From the NCBI GenBank assembly GCA_964016885.1, contig OZ024754.1, positions 28,768,001 to 28,832,000 of the forward strand: 64,000 bases of DNA, given 5' to 3'. How positions within the stretch are numbered: the first letter of the stretch is position 1; each line of letters begins with the position of its first letter. Of this stretch, positions 27,358 through 40,552 are shown in pieces. The DNA comes from Eledone cirrhosa (taxonomy: Eukaryota). A program made the translations under genes and the position numbers. A model generated the notes under the pieces. The model saw only the letters and a program-made list of their open reading frames with translations, had not been told where the DNA came from and made no database searches.

Positions 27358-28500
27358 TAACATTACATGTACTCAAACATCTATAATGACTCTTCCACAT
27401 TGTATTTGCTTTAGTTTCAACATCCAATTTCAGACCAAGTGATTTGCCAAACATTTGACTCTCAAAAATCTCTTTTAACAGAATATTTTACTCTTAATCA
27501 CCTGTACTGCTTGAAACTTTAGCATGTTATTGTTGAAAATTACAAAAGGACATTGTGATTGCACAACCTAAAAAAGTAAAGTAGTTTCTTTAATGCTGTG
27601 AGTTTTTAATGTGATGTGTCTACATGTGTCATACTATAAACATTTGAATTAACGATTATGTTTTTTAGATATCTTTTGCTGAAGCATTTCATTATTTTTG
27701 GCATCGCATCACATATTAAAGAATTAAGTTTAATACTGTAAATTCTCAAAAGGATCTACCCACTAGTAAAGATACTATAATCATTTGAATTAAGAAATCT
27801 ATTTTTATATATCTTCAGCTAAATCCTTACAGGATGTTAAGAGTTAATAAAATCAATGTATTCACATTATGAAGCTTCATTTTAAGGATATCCTGCATAA
27901 TCTGATTTATTACCATTAATATTAACACATGGACAACCTCCCAACTTGTTGAATAACATAGCTACATGACCTTGTTTCATTGCAGTATTATTTGCTTATT
28001 TTCAGATTTGATTCCAAATGAATTTCACGAGAACCCCAGCCTGTCCCATTTCATGATTGCTTAATATATAGCTCGATGAATTTATTGGATCTAATCTTAT
28101 TTCATACTTAATGCATATAGCAAGCCACCCTTTCTTCCATTTATATTTCACCCTAAGGCATCTGCATTCAAAGGATTGAGTCATAAATATATATTAGATA
28201 TATAAGGTTACTTGTTCCAGATTGTTGGCCATTTGTATACTGTTGGAGTTTAGGTGAAGCAGGGTTTCTTTTCTATGGGTCTTATTCAATTATTAATAGC
28301 AGTTCATATGTGAACTTTTGTGATAGGTGGGTGTAATACAGAAATTAACCATTTCTTGAGAAACATTTCTTATGAATAATGTTATATACATATATACACA
28401 CACACACCCACACACATACATACACACACACACATATATACATACGTACATACATGCATGTATGTATGTATATATATATATAAATATATATACATACATG

Positions 28501-28540
<40 letters not shown>

Positions 28541-28780
28541 CATGCATGTATATATATATATATGTATATATATACATGCATGTATATATATATATGTATA
28601 TATATACATGCATGTATATATATATATGTATATATATACATGCATGTATATATATATATGTATATATACATGTATATATATATATATATATGTATATATA
28701 CCTGTATGTATATATATATGTATATATACATGTATATATATATGTATATATATATATATATATGTATATATACCTGTATG

Positions 28781-28811
<31 letters not shown>

Positions 28812-28819
28812 GTATGTAT

Positions 28820-31503
28820 ATCATCATCATCATCATCATCACCGTTTTACGTCCGTTCTTCCACGCTAGCATGGGTTAGACGGGTTGTCCTGTTGTGGGC
28901 AGTGTCTGGTCGGCTGACCATGCCTTGCTCATACAGGAACTGATCTGGCTTGATTTCTACAGCTGGATGCCCTTCCTAACACCAACCTCATTTACAGTGA
29001 GTGCTGGGTGCTTTTTCGTGGCGCCTACACGTCCACTTTACAGTGTGGGCTGGGTGCTTTTTTGCCGTGGCACCTCCACGACCACCTTGCGGTGGGGGGG
29101 GGGGGGGGGGGGCATATTGTTTATATGCTTCAGCATGTACCCATGGGAGGTCGGGTACCCTGTATTACTGCGTGACGCCAGAAGTCACGGTCGTGTGTCA
29201 TTGACTTTGAGAGGTGTAGTTGGGTAAGGTCGGCTTTTATCACCTCATCCCAAGTCATCTTGGGTCTCCCCACTCCGCGGTTTCCATCAACTTCTAGTGC
29301 TCTGCACCTTTTTATGCAGCTGTCATCCTTCATACGCATCACATGTCCATACCAGCGTAACCGCCTCTCCTGCACGCAGCATTTGATTCCTCTTATGCTC
29401 AGTCTCTCTCTCAATTCATTTATGCTTTGTCGTTCACGTATATTACTGTTACACATCCATCGGAGCATGCAGGCTTCGTTTCTCTCTAATCTACGTAAGT
29501 CTTCCACCTTCAGCGCCCAGGTCTCACTACCATGCAACATCGCTGTTCGGATACACGCATCATACAGTCTGCCTTTCATTCTGAGGGAGAAGCCTTTTGC
29601 AGCTAGCAGTGGTAGTAGTTCCCTAAACTTCTTCCATCCCGTTCTTACCCTAGTTATTGTACTTTCTGAGCACCCACCTCCGTTGCTAATTCGGTCACCT
29701 AGGTAGCAGAAGCTGTCTACTGTTTCTACAGGGCCCTCCCAGAGATTGGTGGTACTTGTTTCCTGTGGCTGTTTGCTTGCTGTTTCAGCACAGCTGCTGC
29801 ATGTGAATCCTACATTCTTAATTAAGCTTCCTGAGATCCCGCTACATCTCTTGTGTACCCATTGTTTGCATTTGGGGCAGAGAATGGAGTTCCTACCTAC
29901 ACCTTTCCTACATACTGAGCAAGGCCATTTCCCTGAGGGGATCTGGGTTCTGTTTTCTCGTCTACTTATAAGGACCTTAGTCTTTGTCATGTTGACTTTG
30001 AGGCCCTTTCTCTCTAGTCCCTGCTTCCAGGTTTGGAATTTATTCTCTAGTTCTACCATAGATTCAGCTATGAGTGCGAGGTCATCAGCATACAGGAGTT
30101 CCCATGGGCATCCGGTCTTAAACTCCTCCGTTATTGCCTGCAGGACTATGATGAACAGGAGAGGGCTAAGAACAGAGCCCTGGTGGACCCCAACCTGTAC
30201 GCTAAATTCCTCGCTATACTCATTGCCAATCCTAACTTTGCTGACTGCTCCCCTATACATGGCTTGTACCGCTTTCACAAGCCATTCATCTACTCCTAGT
30301 TTTCTAAGAGCCCACCAGATTACTGCACGTGGAACTCTGTCAAAGGCTTTCTCAAGGTCGACAAATGCCAAGTAGAGTGGCTTACTTTTAGCTAGGTACT
30401 TTTCCTGTAATTGCCTCACAAGGAAGAGCGCATCAGTGGTGCCTTTCCCTGGAACAAACCCAAATTGCATCTCGTCTATATTCACCCGGTCCCTAATCAG
30501 CTGTGCTATAACTCTTTCTGTTACTTTCATGACCTGGTCCATCAACTTTATACCTCTATAGTTTCCTCTATCTAGTGCATCGCCTTTACCTTTGTAGCAG
30601 TTGACAATGATGCTACTGCACCAATCTTTTGGTATGGCCCCCTCTAGTATTACCTGGTTAACGATACGTGTGGTTATAGTGTGACCTACAGACCCAGATG
30701 CCTTCAGCATCTCGGCAGCTATACCCGATGGACCGGTTGCCTTCCCTATCTTCATATCTCTGATTGCCTTACTTACTACGCTGCCGCTGACTTGTACTGC
30801 TGGTCCCTCTATAGGGTCTACGTGGGGTAGGGTCTCTTCTTCCCATGCATTCTCCTCATTTAGTAATCTATCATAATGACTCTTCCATGCATCTTTCTTC
30901 TCAGCACTTGTGAGGGCAAGCTCACCTTTATCATTCCGGATACACTTCTCTCCAATGACATCACAACTATCTCTGACACACTGCCTCGCAATCTTGAATA
31001 CCTCCTGTTTCTGGTCCTCACGTTGTAAAACATGCTTGAATTTTCTATCCTCTGCTTCCCTCCTAGCTAAGTATACTTGTCGCCTAGCTTCCCTCTTGGT
31101 CTCTATGTAATGTACCCTGCTCCCCCCGTTCTTCCATTCTTTCCATGCCTGTCTCTTGGCCTTGACTGCTTCATCTACCTTATTGTTCCACCACCAAGTC
31201 ACTCTCCTCCTGCTTGAGGTCTTACTCCAGCCACAAACCTCATCCGTCGCCTCTAGTAAGTTATTTTTTAGGAACTCCCAGTTCTCTTCTACGTTAAATG
31301 TCTCTATCTGTTCTTCTTTACTGTCGTAGGCGTTGAGTAAAATATCTTTAAATCTGTTACTGGTTGAGGGGACTTTCAGCTTCCAGATCTTTCTTCTCCA
31401 GGTTGGCCTCTGTTTCAGGGCTCGTCTAGTTCTGACCGTGAGGTCGCTGACAACTAAGCTATGTTGGGATGTACATTCCTCACTAGGGAAGGCTTTTGTG
31501 TTG
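28820..31503 (-). mobile_element. 5'-truncated RTE-clade LINE with 3' UTR and (TGA)n tail
   Basis: Open ORF from ~31503 to stop at 29130, ~300 bp UTR, tail gatgatgat at 28820-28840; both flanks are TA-rich microsatellite. Confidence 0.92.
29130..31503 (-). CDS. RTE reverse transcriptase ORF (end of APE domain + RT + embedded PHD-type finger), no native start
   Basis: [10 protein letters not shown] (APE end), [14 protein letters not shown]...[54 protein letters not shown]; the first ~24 aa of the listed ORF are microsatellite. Confidence 0.9.
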
Positions 31504-31781
31504 TATATATACATATATATATATATATGTATATATACATGTATGTATATATATATATATATGTATATATACATGTATGTATATATATATATATATATGT
31601 ATATATAGATATAGATAGGTAAATATACACGGGTGTGTATGATTGTGTATAGAAGATTATATTAATAAGAGGAATTCCAACTTTGTCTGATTTACTCGTT
31701 TTATTTACAATCCTTTAAAATATATATAAAATGGTATTATAATGAAATAGTATGATAGAATATTAAATTCTAAGTGTTAAT

Positions 31782-31820
31782 TGAACAAGTACTTTCATGC
31801 TTTCGCAATCTTCAGGTTCA
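31782..31820 (-). ncRNA. Minimal type I hammerhead ribozyme (mirror copy)
   Basis: Exact reverse complement of 33947-33985. Confidence 0.75.
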
Positions 31821-32195
31821 TGATATGTGGTGACAGTCGAGTTTGCAATTTTCAACTGTAATGAGATGGGTAAATTTCCTACCTTTTATACATTTTATAC
31901 AGAGAAAAGTGGCTCCAGAATGCAAAGCCCTGTAAACTGTATTTCGACCAATCAGTGTGTAGTTTCACTGAATTACTACAGCTGATTGGTTTAAGCGTCA
32001 CGGCTGGTTGAGCATGCTAACGACCAATAGTCATATCCAACGTATCAATTGTTTTGCTTTTTTGAAATGATGAAAATAGCATTTTCTATTAATCATCACC
32101 ATCAACATCACTTTTATTATTATTATTATTGTTGTTGTTGTTGTTGTTAGTGGTCGTGGTCATAGTGGTAGTAGAAGTAATACCCCTAGGCGTTA

Positions 32196-32906
32196 TTATT
32201 GTTCATTTAGCTTGGGTTTGAATTTATCAATAAAATTCTTTTCTTTGATTTTTCTCTTGATTTCACTTGGGCTGTGTAATTTGTAGAATGGGAATATTAT
32301 AAATATTCCCTGACCACATGTTGCCAGGTGGCCGCTTAGGGGTATCTGACGGACATTTGGGTCTCTGATTTGTTGACGGTGTACCCGTGCACGTTCCGAT
32401 AGTGCATTTCCAGTTTGACCGACATATAGTTCTTCACAATTTGGGCATTTAATGCAGTAAATTAGATTTCTGCTTTTGCAGTTCATATTTGCATTTGTGA
32501 ATATTTTTCCAGTTTTTGTTTTCATATATTGACCGGCGTGTATGGATTGACATGTGCCGCATCGATTATCATTGCATTTAGATACAGTGAATGATTGGTC
32601 TTTGTTGTTAAGGTCAAACTTTGCTTTTGTTAGCAATTGCTTCAAATTTGTTGGCTGTCTTTTACTAAGAGTCAAAGATCGATCTGTGATTAAGCCTTTT
32701 AATTCATTACTTTGAGCAATGATCGGTAGGTTTGCTTTGGCAGTGTTGAAGATATTCTGGTGACATGGGTTGTGTGTCATTATAAATGGTATGACCAGTT
32801 CTTGGTTTCTTCTTCTTTGGGTTGTTCTAAGTTGTTGTATAGGTATTTTTATAGCCCGCTGTATGCCATTTTCTATAAGTAGAGATGGGTATTTTTGTTT
32901 GAGCAA
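32196..32906 (-). CDS. PLE GIY-YIG endonuclease (5'-truncated), left arm
   Basis: CNDNRCGTC linker, CKSRNLIYCIKC..C...YVGQT, R..VHR, E..FI..FKPKLN. Confidence 0.85.
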   Translation of the reverse strand: MLKQKYPSLLIENGIQRAIKIPIQQLRTTQRRRNQELVIPFIMTHNPCHQNIFNTAKANLPIIAQSNELKGLITDRSLTLSKRQPTNLKQLLTKAKFDLNNKDQSFTVSKCNDNRCGTCQSIHAGQYMKTKTGKIFTNANMNCKSRNLIYCIKCPNCEELYVGQTGNALSERARVHRQQIRDPNVRQIPLSGHLATCGQGIFIIFPFYKLHSPSEIKRKIKEKNFIDKFKPKLNEQ

Positions 32907-32983
32907 AATGTATAAAAATACCTATACAACAACTTAGAACAACCCAAAGAAGAAGAAACCAAGAACTGGTCATACCATTTATA

Positions 32984-33568
32984 ATGACACACAACCCATG
33001 TCACCAGAATATCTTCAACACTGCCAAAGCAAACCTACCGATCATTGCTCAAAGTAATGAATTAAAAGGCTTAATCACAGATCGATCTTTGACTCTTAGT
33101 AAAAGACAGCCAAAAAATTTGAAGCAATTGCTAACAAAAGCAAAGTTTGACCTTAACAACAAAGACCAATCATTCACTGTATCTAAATGCAATGATAATC
33201 GATGCGGCACATGTCAATCCATACACGCCGGTCAATATATGAAAACAAAAACTGGAAAAATATTCACAAATGCAAATATGAACTGCAAAAGCAGAAATCT
33301 AATTTACTGCATTAAATGCCCGAATTGTGAAGAACTATATGTCGGTCAAACTGGAAATGCACTATCGGAACGTGCACGGGTACACCGTCAACAAATCAGA
33401 GACCCAAATGTCCGTCAGATACCCCTAAGCGGCCACCTGGCAACATGTGGTCAGGGAATATTTATAATATTCCCATTCTACAAATTACACAGCCCAAGTG
33501 AAATCAAGAGAAAAATCAAAGAAAAGAATTTTATTGATAAATTCAAACCCAAGCTAAATGAAAAATAA
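32984..33568 (+). CDS. PLE GIY-YIG endonuclease (5'-truncated), right arm
   Basis: Same protein as the left arm except PTN/PKN and NEQ/NEK. Confidence 0.85.
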   Translation: MTHNPCHQNIFNTAKANLPIIAQSNELKGLITDRSLTLSKRQPKNLKQLLTKAKFDLNNKDQSFTVSKCNDNRCGTCQSIHAGQYMKTKTGKIFTNANMNCKSRNLIYCIKCPNCEELYVGQTGNALSERARVHRQQIRDPNVRQIPLSGHLATCGQGIFIIFPFYKLHSPSEIKRKIKEKNFIDKFKPKLNEK

Positions 33569-33734
33569 TAACGCCTAGGGGTATTACTTCTACTACCACT
33601 ATGACCACGACCACTAACAACAACAACAACAACAACAATAATAATAATAATAAAAGTGATGTTGATGGTGATGATTAATAGAAAATGCTATTTTCATCAT
33701 TTCAAAAAAGCAAAACAATTGATACGTTGGATAT

Positions 33735-33885
33735 GACTATTGGTCGTTAGCATGCTCAACCAGCCGTGACGCTTAAACCAATCAGCTGTAGTAATTCAGT
33801 GAAACTACACACTGATTGGTCGAAATACAGTTTACAGGGCTTTGCATTCTGGAGCCACTTTTCTCTGTATAAAATGTATAAAAGG
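33735..33885 (+). promoter_or_regulatory. Putative PLE terminal-repeat promoter (CCAAT boxes + two TATAAAA)
   Basis: ATTGG/CCAAT at ~33739, 33778 and 33815; TATAAAA at 33868 and 33877; hammerhead ~70 nt downstream; AATAAA at ~34062. Confidence 0.45.
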
Positions 33886-33946
33886 TAGGAAATTTACCCA
33901 TCTCATTACAGTTGAAAATTGCAAACTCGACTGTCACCACATATCA

Positions 33947-33985
33947 TGAACCTGAAGATTGCGAAAGCATGAAAGTACTTGTTCA
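33947..33985 (+). ncRNA. Minimal type I hammerhead ribozyme in PLE terminal repeat
   Basis: TGAAC CTGAAGA T TGC-gaaa-GCA T GAAA GTAC TT GTTCA; palindromic AAGTACTT stem III; position downstream of a GIY-YIG ORF as known for PLEs. Confidence 0.75.
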
Positions 33986-34129
33986 ATTAACACTTAGAAT
34001 TTAATATTCTATCATACTATTTCATTATAATACCATTTTATATATATTTTAAAGGATTGTAAATAAAACGAGTAAATCAGACAAAGTTGGAATTCCTCTT
34101 ATTAATATATATGTATATATACATGCATG

Positions 34130-34172
<43 letters not shown>

Positions 34173-34174
<2 letters not shown>

Positions 34175-34510
34175 CATCATCATTTCATTTTACGTCCGCT
34201 TTTCCCTGCTTGCAAGGGTGGGACGGGAACTGATTCTGGCTTGATTTCTACAGCTGGATGCCCTTCCTAACACCAACCTCATTTACAGTGAGTGCTGGGT
34301 GCTTTTTTTCCGTGGCGCCTACACGTCCACTTTGCAGTGGAATGATATGGACCTCAGTCCCTATCATCTCATTTCTACAGCTGAGTAAACTGGAGCAATG
34401 TGAAATAAAGTGTCTTGCTCAAGGAAACAACACATTACCCGGTCTGAGAATTGAACTCACAACCTTTCGATTGCAAGGCCAATGCTCTAACCACTAAGCC
34501 ATGTGCCTCC
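34173..34510 (-). mobile_element. tRNA-derived SINE (13045 family)
   Basis: Full-length match. Confidence 0.9.
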
Positions 34511-34513
34511 ATC

Positions 34514-34547
<34 letters not shown>

Positions 34548-34564
34548 GTATATATACATGCATG

Positions 34565-34635
<71 letters not shown>

Positions 34636-34640
34636 GCATG

Positions 34641-34709
<69 letters not shown>

Positions 34710-34740
34710 GTATGTGTATATATATATATGTATATACCTG

Positions 34741-34772
<32 letters not shown>

Positions 34773-34776
34773 CCTG

Positions 34777-34808
<32 letters not shown>

Positions 34809-35088
34809 CCTGTATGTGTATATATATATATGTACACATATATCTATTTATCTATCTCTCTATATATATGAATAACAAATCAAATCAAAACATAACATGT
34901 AAATTGAGAATATTTATATTAAGTTTGACTTATTTATGCACCGCTAGTGGTTTCATAGTCACAAATACATCTAACTTCTAATTTCTTCAGATGTTTTTAA
35001 ATAAGTTACAGCTAGATATGTTTTCATCACTGATAATGCATAAATAAGTGAATATGTAAATATATATATGTGTATGTATGTGTGTGTG

Positions 35089-35124
<36 letters not shown>

Positions 35125-35152
35125 TATATGTGTGTGTATATGTGTATATATA

Positions 35153-35508
35153 TCATCATCATCATCATCATCATCATCATAATTTTACGTCCCCTTTTTC
35201 CCTGCTTGTAAGGGTGGGACGGGAACTGATTCTGACTTGATTTCTACAGCTGGATGCCCTTCCTATCACCAACCTCATTTACAGTGAGTGCTGGGTGCTT
35301 TTTTGCCGTGGCACCTCCACGGCCACTTTGCAGTGGAATGATAGGGACCCCCAGTCCCTATTATCTCATTTCTACAGCTGAGTAAACTGGAGCAATGTGA
35401 AATAAAGTGTCTTGCTCAAGGAAACAACACATCACCCGGTTTGAGAATTGAACTCACAACCTTTCGATTGCAAGGCCAATGCTCTAACCACTAAGCCATG
35501 TGCCTTCA
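35153..35508 (-). mobile_element. tRNA-derived SINE (13045 family)
   Basis: Full-length match. Confidence 0.9.
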
Positions 35509-35983
35509 TATGTTTATGTATATATAACTTTGATAGGTTTTGGCCAGTATTGGTCCAGGCCATGTCTAACTTAATCGCACCACCTGGTGAAGTTTCCAAA
35601 TCAGGATTTGGACACCATGGCCCACTCGAGTAGAAAGTTATTGTTTACGGAGGCATATCCGGGTGTAGGAGATTTATCCGGGATTTCTTGAAGGAATTTG
35701 TCCAAAGACTTCTTCAACTTTATGGGGTTTGTTTCTGTTTTAATGTGTATATATATATAGTGGTATATATATATAGTGGTAAAAAGCCGGGAAGTTATAT
35801 CCGTAGTAAGTACAACACTCAGGCCTCAGGATGAGTTGGTATAGTGTTAGTTCCACAACAAATTAGCAAACCATACTTGAGGCTGCTCATTTCACGGAGT
35901 GAATTTTCAACTTGTGTATGGCTGCAGGGTTGAAAATACGCTTGGAGAAACACACGTCCTCGAGTATGGTTTGTTAAATTGTT

Positions 35984-37770
35984 GTGGAACTCTCTCTCAG
36001 ACAACTCCCCATCAAATATAAAAACAACCTCTCCACCAGAAACAGCAGACTACCAACGTTCTACCACCTCATTAAAACCCACAAAACCAGTGTTAATCTA
36101 CAGATTAGACCAATTGTCTCGAGTATAGAAGAACCCATCTATAAAATCTCATGGTTCCTCTCCCAGATCCTCAAGCCTATGCTTGTTACTTTTCCTGGAT
36201 ATGTCAGCAGCTCTGACGAAGTCATACAAAGGCTACATCAACTACAACCTAACCAACTTAAACTCAACAGATAGGCCTTTAGCCTCAACGTTGTCTCTCT
36301 CTACACGACAGTACCAGCTCATCTAGCAGTCAACCTAGTGACTGAGTGCATCATTTCACACAACATATACTGCTTTGACCTCACCCCACAAGACCAGCTT
36401 CTGTCCGTCATCATAGAAAATACATATTTCACTTTCTACCACCATACAAACAAACAACAGGCCTACCCATAGCCTTCTAGCCATCTCCTATATAAAACCA
36501 ACTGGAAGGTCGAGCGCTCAACACCTGCTACTCCTGTGTTTTCTTCACCCAATACATAGATGATATACTCATCCTCATATCGTCCCATGAAGAGCCGACA
36601 TAATATCTACGGCATTTTCAAACACAGACAACAACATACAATTTACCACAGGACACCCCGATAAAAATGGTTCCTTGTCTCTGCTGGACTTCCAGCTTAG
36701 AGTAACAGATGAAGGTACTATATACACCAACTTCTATAAGAAAGCTTCCAGCAGAGACCTGTGCATGCATTATAGATGAGCCCTCCCCTTGGTGTTAAAA
36801 CCGGATACATAAGAAATGAACTTACGTGTATCTGGAATAAATGTAGCAAAACAGAGGACCAGATCACTCACACTGCACACTACATAGATGTACTGAAGAC
36901 GAATGAATACCCAACATCCACAATGAATCGACTTAAGAATCGAAGGCACCGCAGACATAGGACATCCTCTAACACCTGCTTCATGAAATTACCACATTTC
37001 AGTGAAAGCATAACCACAGTTATCCGCAAAGAAGGAATGGACGTACAGTTAGCACACTCTGGCCCTTCGCTGTGTGGATACCTGTCTAAAATGCAATCTA
37101 GAGACAACAACAACCAATGCTCGCTGACTAACTGCCCTACCCGCTATACAGGTATGTGCCAGCGGACACGTGGTATACCGGATTAAATGCAACAAATGTA
37201 AGGAGTTCCACATTGGTAGCACGACCCGAGCAATCCACACTCGCATTAAAGAACACCTCAACATACGTGGATCCTCATTCAAAAAACACATCGACAAATG
37301 CAGAAAAATCAACCAACATATTACCATTACCAGTAATAGAAATGTGGGTAACTTAAGAATTAAGGAAGTCTTGCTCATACATAGCCTCAACCCACAAATA
37401 AATAATATATTAGAACTCAGCACACAGCACTTGACATAAAAAGACACACCCACAGGCACACAAACTAAACATCTCATACAAAAAAGAAAGTTGATTTCGC
37501 AAAATACTATATTGGCAATTGCCGTCATTCACGTGGAAAGCAAAGTAACTATTGAAAAACGCTTAAAAACAACTTAGAAAAACATTTAAATCAATATCAA
37601 AATTTTATTCCAAAGAGAGAAAATTGGAACGTTATCCTCTGAAGGTTCCTTAAAGCCTGATGAAGGGACTTTTAGGTCCCGCAATATTGGACAGATAAAA
37701 GAACAAAGACAACAAAATAAATCAAAACAAAGATTACCAGGTAACTTTTACTTTTCGTTACCTCATCTTA
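35984..37770 (+). pseudogene. Decayed Penelope-like element (RT + GIY-YIG + terminal repeat)
   Basis: LPTFYHLIKTHK...IRPIVS (PLE RT), ..YIDDIL.. near 36555, VYRIKCNKCKEFHIGSTTRAIHTRIKEH; stops and frameshifts; decayed hammerhead CTGATGA-AGGGAC..GTCCC-GCAA at 37657-37684. Confidence 0.85.
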
Positions 37771-37824
37771 CAGTCCATTTTGCATTGTTGCTAGACTTCT
37801 ATCTCTTTCAATGTTATATATATG

Positions 37825-37859
<35 letters not shown>

Positions 37860-38193
37860 ATATATATATAATTCGTTTTTGAATTTGTTTTGTGAGATTT
37901 CTTATCTCAAAACGTGTGTTGAAACAGATATTGTTATACTTTGGGAGGGTCATAAATAAATGGATAAATAAACACACACACCCAGATGTAATACAAGTGC
38001 AAACTAAGTGCACAACACACAAAAACAAATGCATGATGATATTTGTTTTTGAAATGCACATAATAAAATATATGGAACTCATTTAACCATCTTTTGATCT
38101 TATATATTATGTATACTCCAGTCCTACAAACTGTAGAGTGCTTCTTATCCGATATCTGCATTGCTTTATTGTACTACAATAAAACTCACCTCC

Positions 38194-38232
<39 letters not shown>

Positions 38233-38350
38233 ATAATAATAAATTTGAAGACTAAAATCCAAAGAGGGCTCGATAAGGATAAATATATACCAAATATATA
38301 CAAACCGTAGAGCAAATATTTATTAAAATAACATATATATATATATATAG

Positions 38351-38880
38351 AAGGTAAATTTCTTTAAGTCGTTTGGAAGCCTCGACAATGCAAATGGGTA
38401 AATCGCTGGGTAACAAGATCCGGTGGTGGAGAGAGAGATGTAAGTGGGTGTACGTTGAGATGCGTGGCGTGTATAAGACGTGTAGAGGAATGAAGGAAAG
38501 AGCATAAAGGATAAAATTAAAATAACAACACGAGAGCTAGTTACCTTGGGAGAGATTTAATTGTCCCTATATATTTTGTATTCACATCCATCAACGGGGT
38601 TTTTTTTCCGGGGTGGGGGAAAGGTTGTCTGTCGGAAAGGTGTGAAACGCGTCCTCCGCTGTTCGTTGTTTTAAATCTCTCCCAAGGTAAGTCTCTCTCG
38701 TGTTGTTATTTTTATTTTATCCTTTATGCTCTTTCCTTCATTCCTCTACATGTCTTATACACGCCACGCATCTCAACGTACACCCACTTACATCTCTCTC
38801 TCCACCACCGGATCTTGTTAACCGGAGATTTACCCATTTGCATTGTCGAGGCTTCCAAACGACTTAAAGAAATTTACCTT
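38351..38880. repeat. Inverted repeat, ~210-bp arms with ~110-bp spacer
   Basis: 38351-38560 versus 38670-38880, few mismatches; spacer contains GAAACGCGTC (38644-38653). Confidence 0.9.
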
Positions 38881-38913
38881 ATTATTCCACAATGCTTCAA
38901 GCAAACTTCAATA

Positions 38914-38971
<58 letters not shown>

Positions 38972-40552
38972 ATTTTCCAGGCCTGAACTACAACAAAGCC
39001 ATACTAGGAATGTATGTTTCATTGGTTTGTGGGACCAATGTTTTCATTGCAACCATACATAGGAATGTTTGTTTTCCATAAATTTAATTGATACATTTCA
39101 ATACATTATTTATGTCTATGAATTACAAACACTGTGAAAATATATATTATTGTTGTTCATAGAGACACACATTTATTAAATTTACAACCTGAAGCCATCA
39201 AACAATGTTTGTTTTATATTTTGCTTTCAATAGTTCAGAGAGGAAGACGATCACAATATTTTTTTATATTTATTTGATTTAAATGTAAGTATATATATTC
39301 ATATATATATATATTTATATATATTCATATATATATATATTTATATATATTCATATATATATATTTATTTATAAACATATATTTATTTATTTATAAACAT
39401 ATATATTTATATATATGTATTTATATATATATATTTATAGCTTCAAAATTCAACAAATCGATTATGTTGCTGAACTAAATATTAGATGCCATTTAATGAA
39501 ATGTAAATTCATGATAAATATTTCACTAATTTGTAAGGCAGAACATCACTTAGTCTTCATTTGTGTTCATAATTTAAAAGCTTGTATGGTTTCTGACATT
39601 TGATATGATTTTAAATAAAAAGGTGTGGGTCCTTGTAGTTAAGATTTTGGAGTACAGATCATATAGTACTTGATTTAATTGTTGGACATGGTGGTACATT
39701 TTGACCTTAAACAAGATGCATTCTTTCATGTTGTTCCACGTAACTCACTTGGAATCAATGAGCTGTGATGACATAACACTGGTGCTAAGCTATATTGGCC
39801 TTTGCCTAGTTTAAACACCACCTCCTCGTCCTCGGTTGCCTTTAATGAAGTTCAATGTGGCAAGCATTTAAATCAGGTCTCCAGTTTCAAGATACCTCTT
39901 TCCTCTCAGAGGATCTTAACTCTAAAAAGAAACATAAGCACAGCCCTTCCTTCTTTCTCTGACTAAACAGTAAAAGAACAACAATAACACGTAATAAGGC
40001 CATTTTCCTGTTAAAGCAGGGTTTAGTCTTGTAGCACCCCTTGATAAGCTTCATGCTCATCATGGGTTCTTTTATTTAAAGCAATGTTTTATGGCAGGAT
40101 GCCCTCTCGATCCCCAAATCTTTTAGTTCCATCTGATAACATGTAGGGATATGGTGTATATTCTAGACTAGATGTATACACCACAATCGAAGTAGTAAAA
40201 GGAAATAAGAAAAGAAAAACATTTCTTTATATTTTGCAGATATTATCTTATACATAAAGAAAATAATTTGAAGTATTGAAATAATAATTTGATTAACAAG
40301 GATGTTTTAGGGAAAGCATTTATCTCTTCTATTTTTATTTGTTAGAGCAAAATTTTTTCTTAAAAGTCTCTGTTGTTTTTAGAGAAAATATTGCCATTAT
40401 ATAATATTTTACCTGATTGAAAAATAGACATCATTCTTCAGTTATGATTAAGTGGGTCCTCTCTTATCTAAAGCATGCAATTGTAAAAGATATATTTGGA
40501 AACTTTTGGGTAATTTTTGTTTCCTGAAAATATCAAACTCATGGCATCCTAA

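Larger units (their letters stand above)
31658..34109. mobile_element. Penelope-like element 3' portion duplicated head-to-head (2.45-kb palindrome)
   Basis: Arms 31658-32853 and 32911-34109 are reverse complements with only a few differences; 57-bp spacer. Confidence 0.95.
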
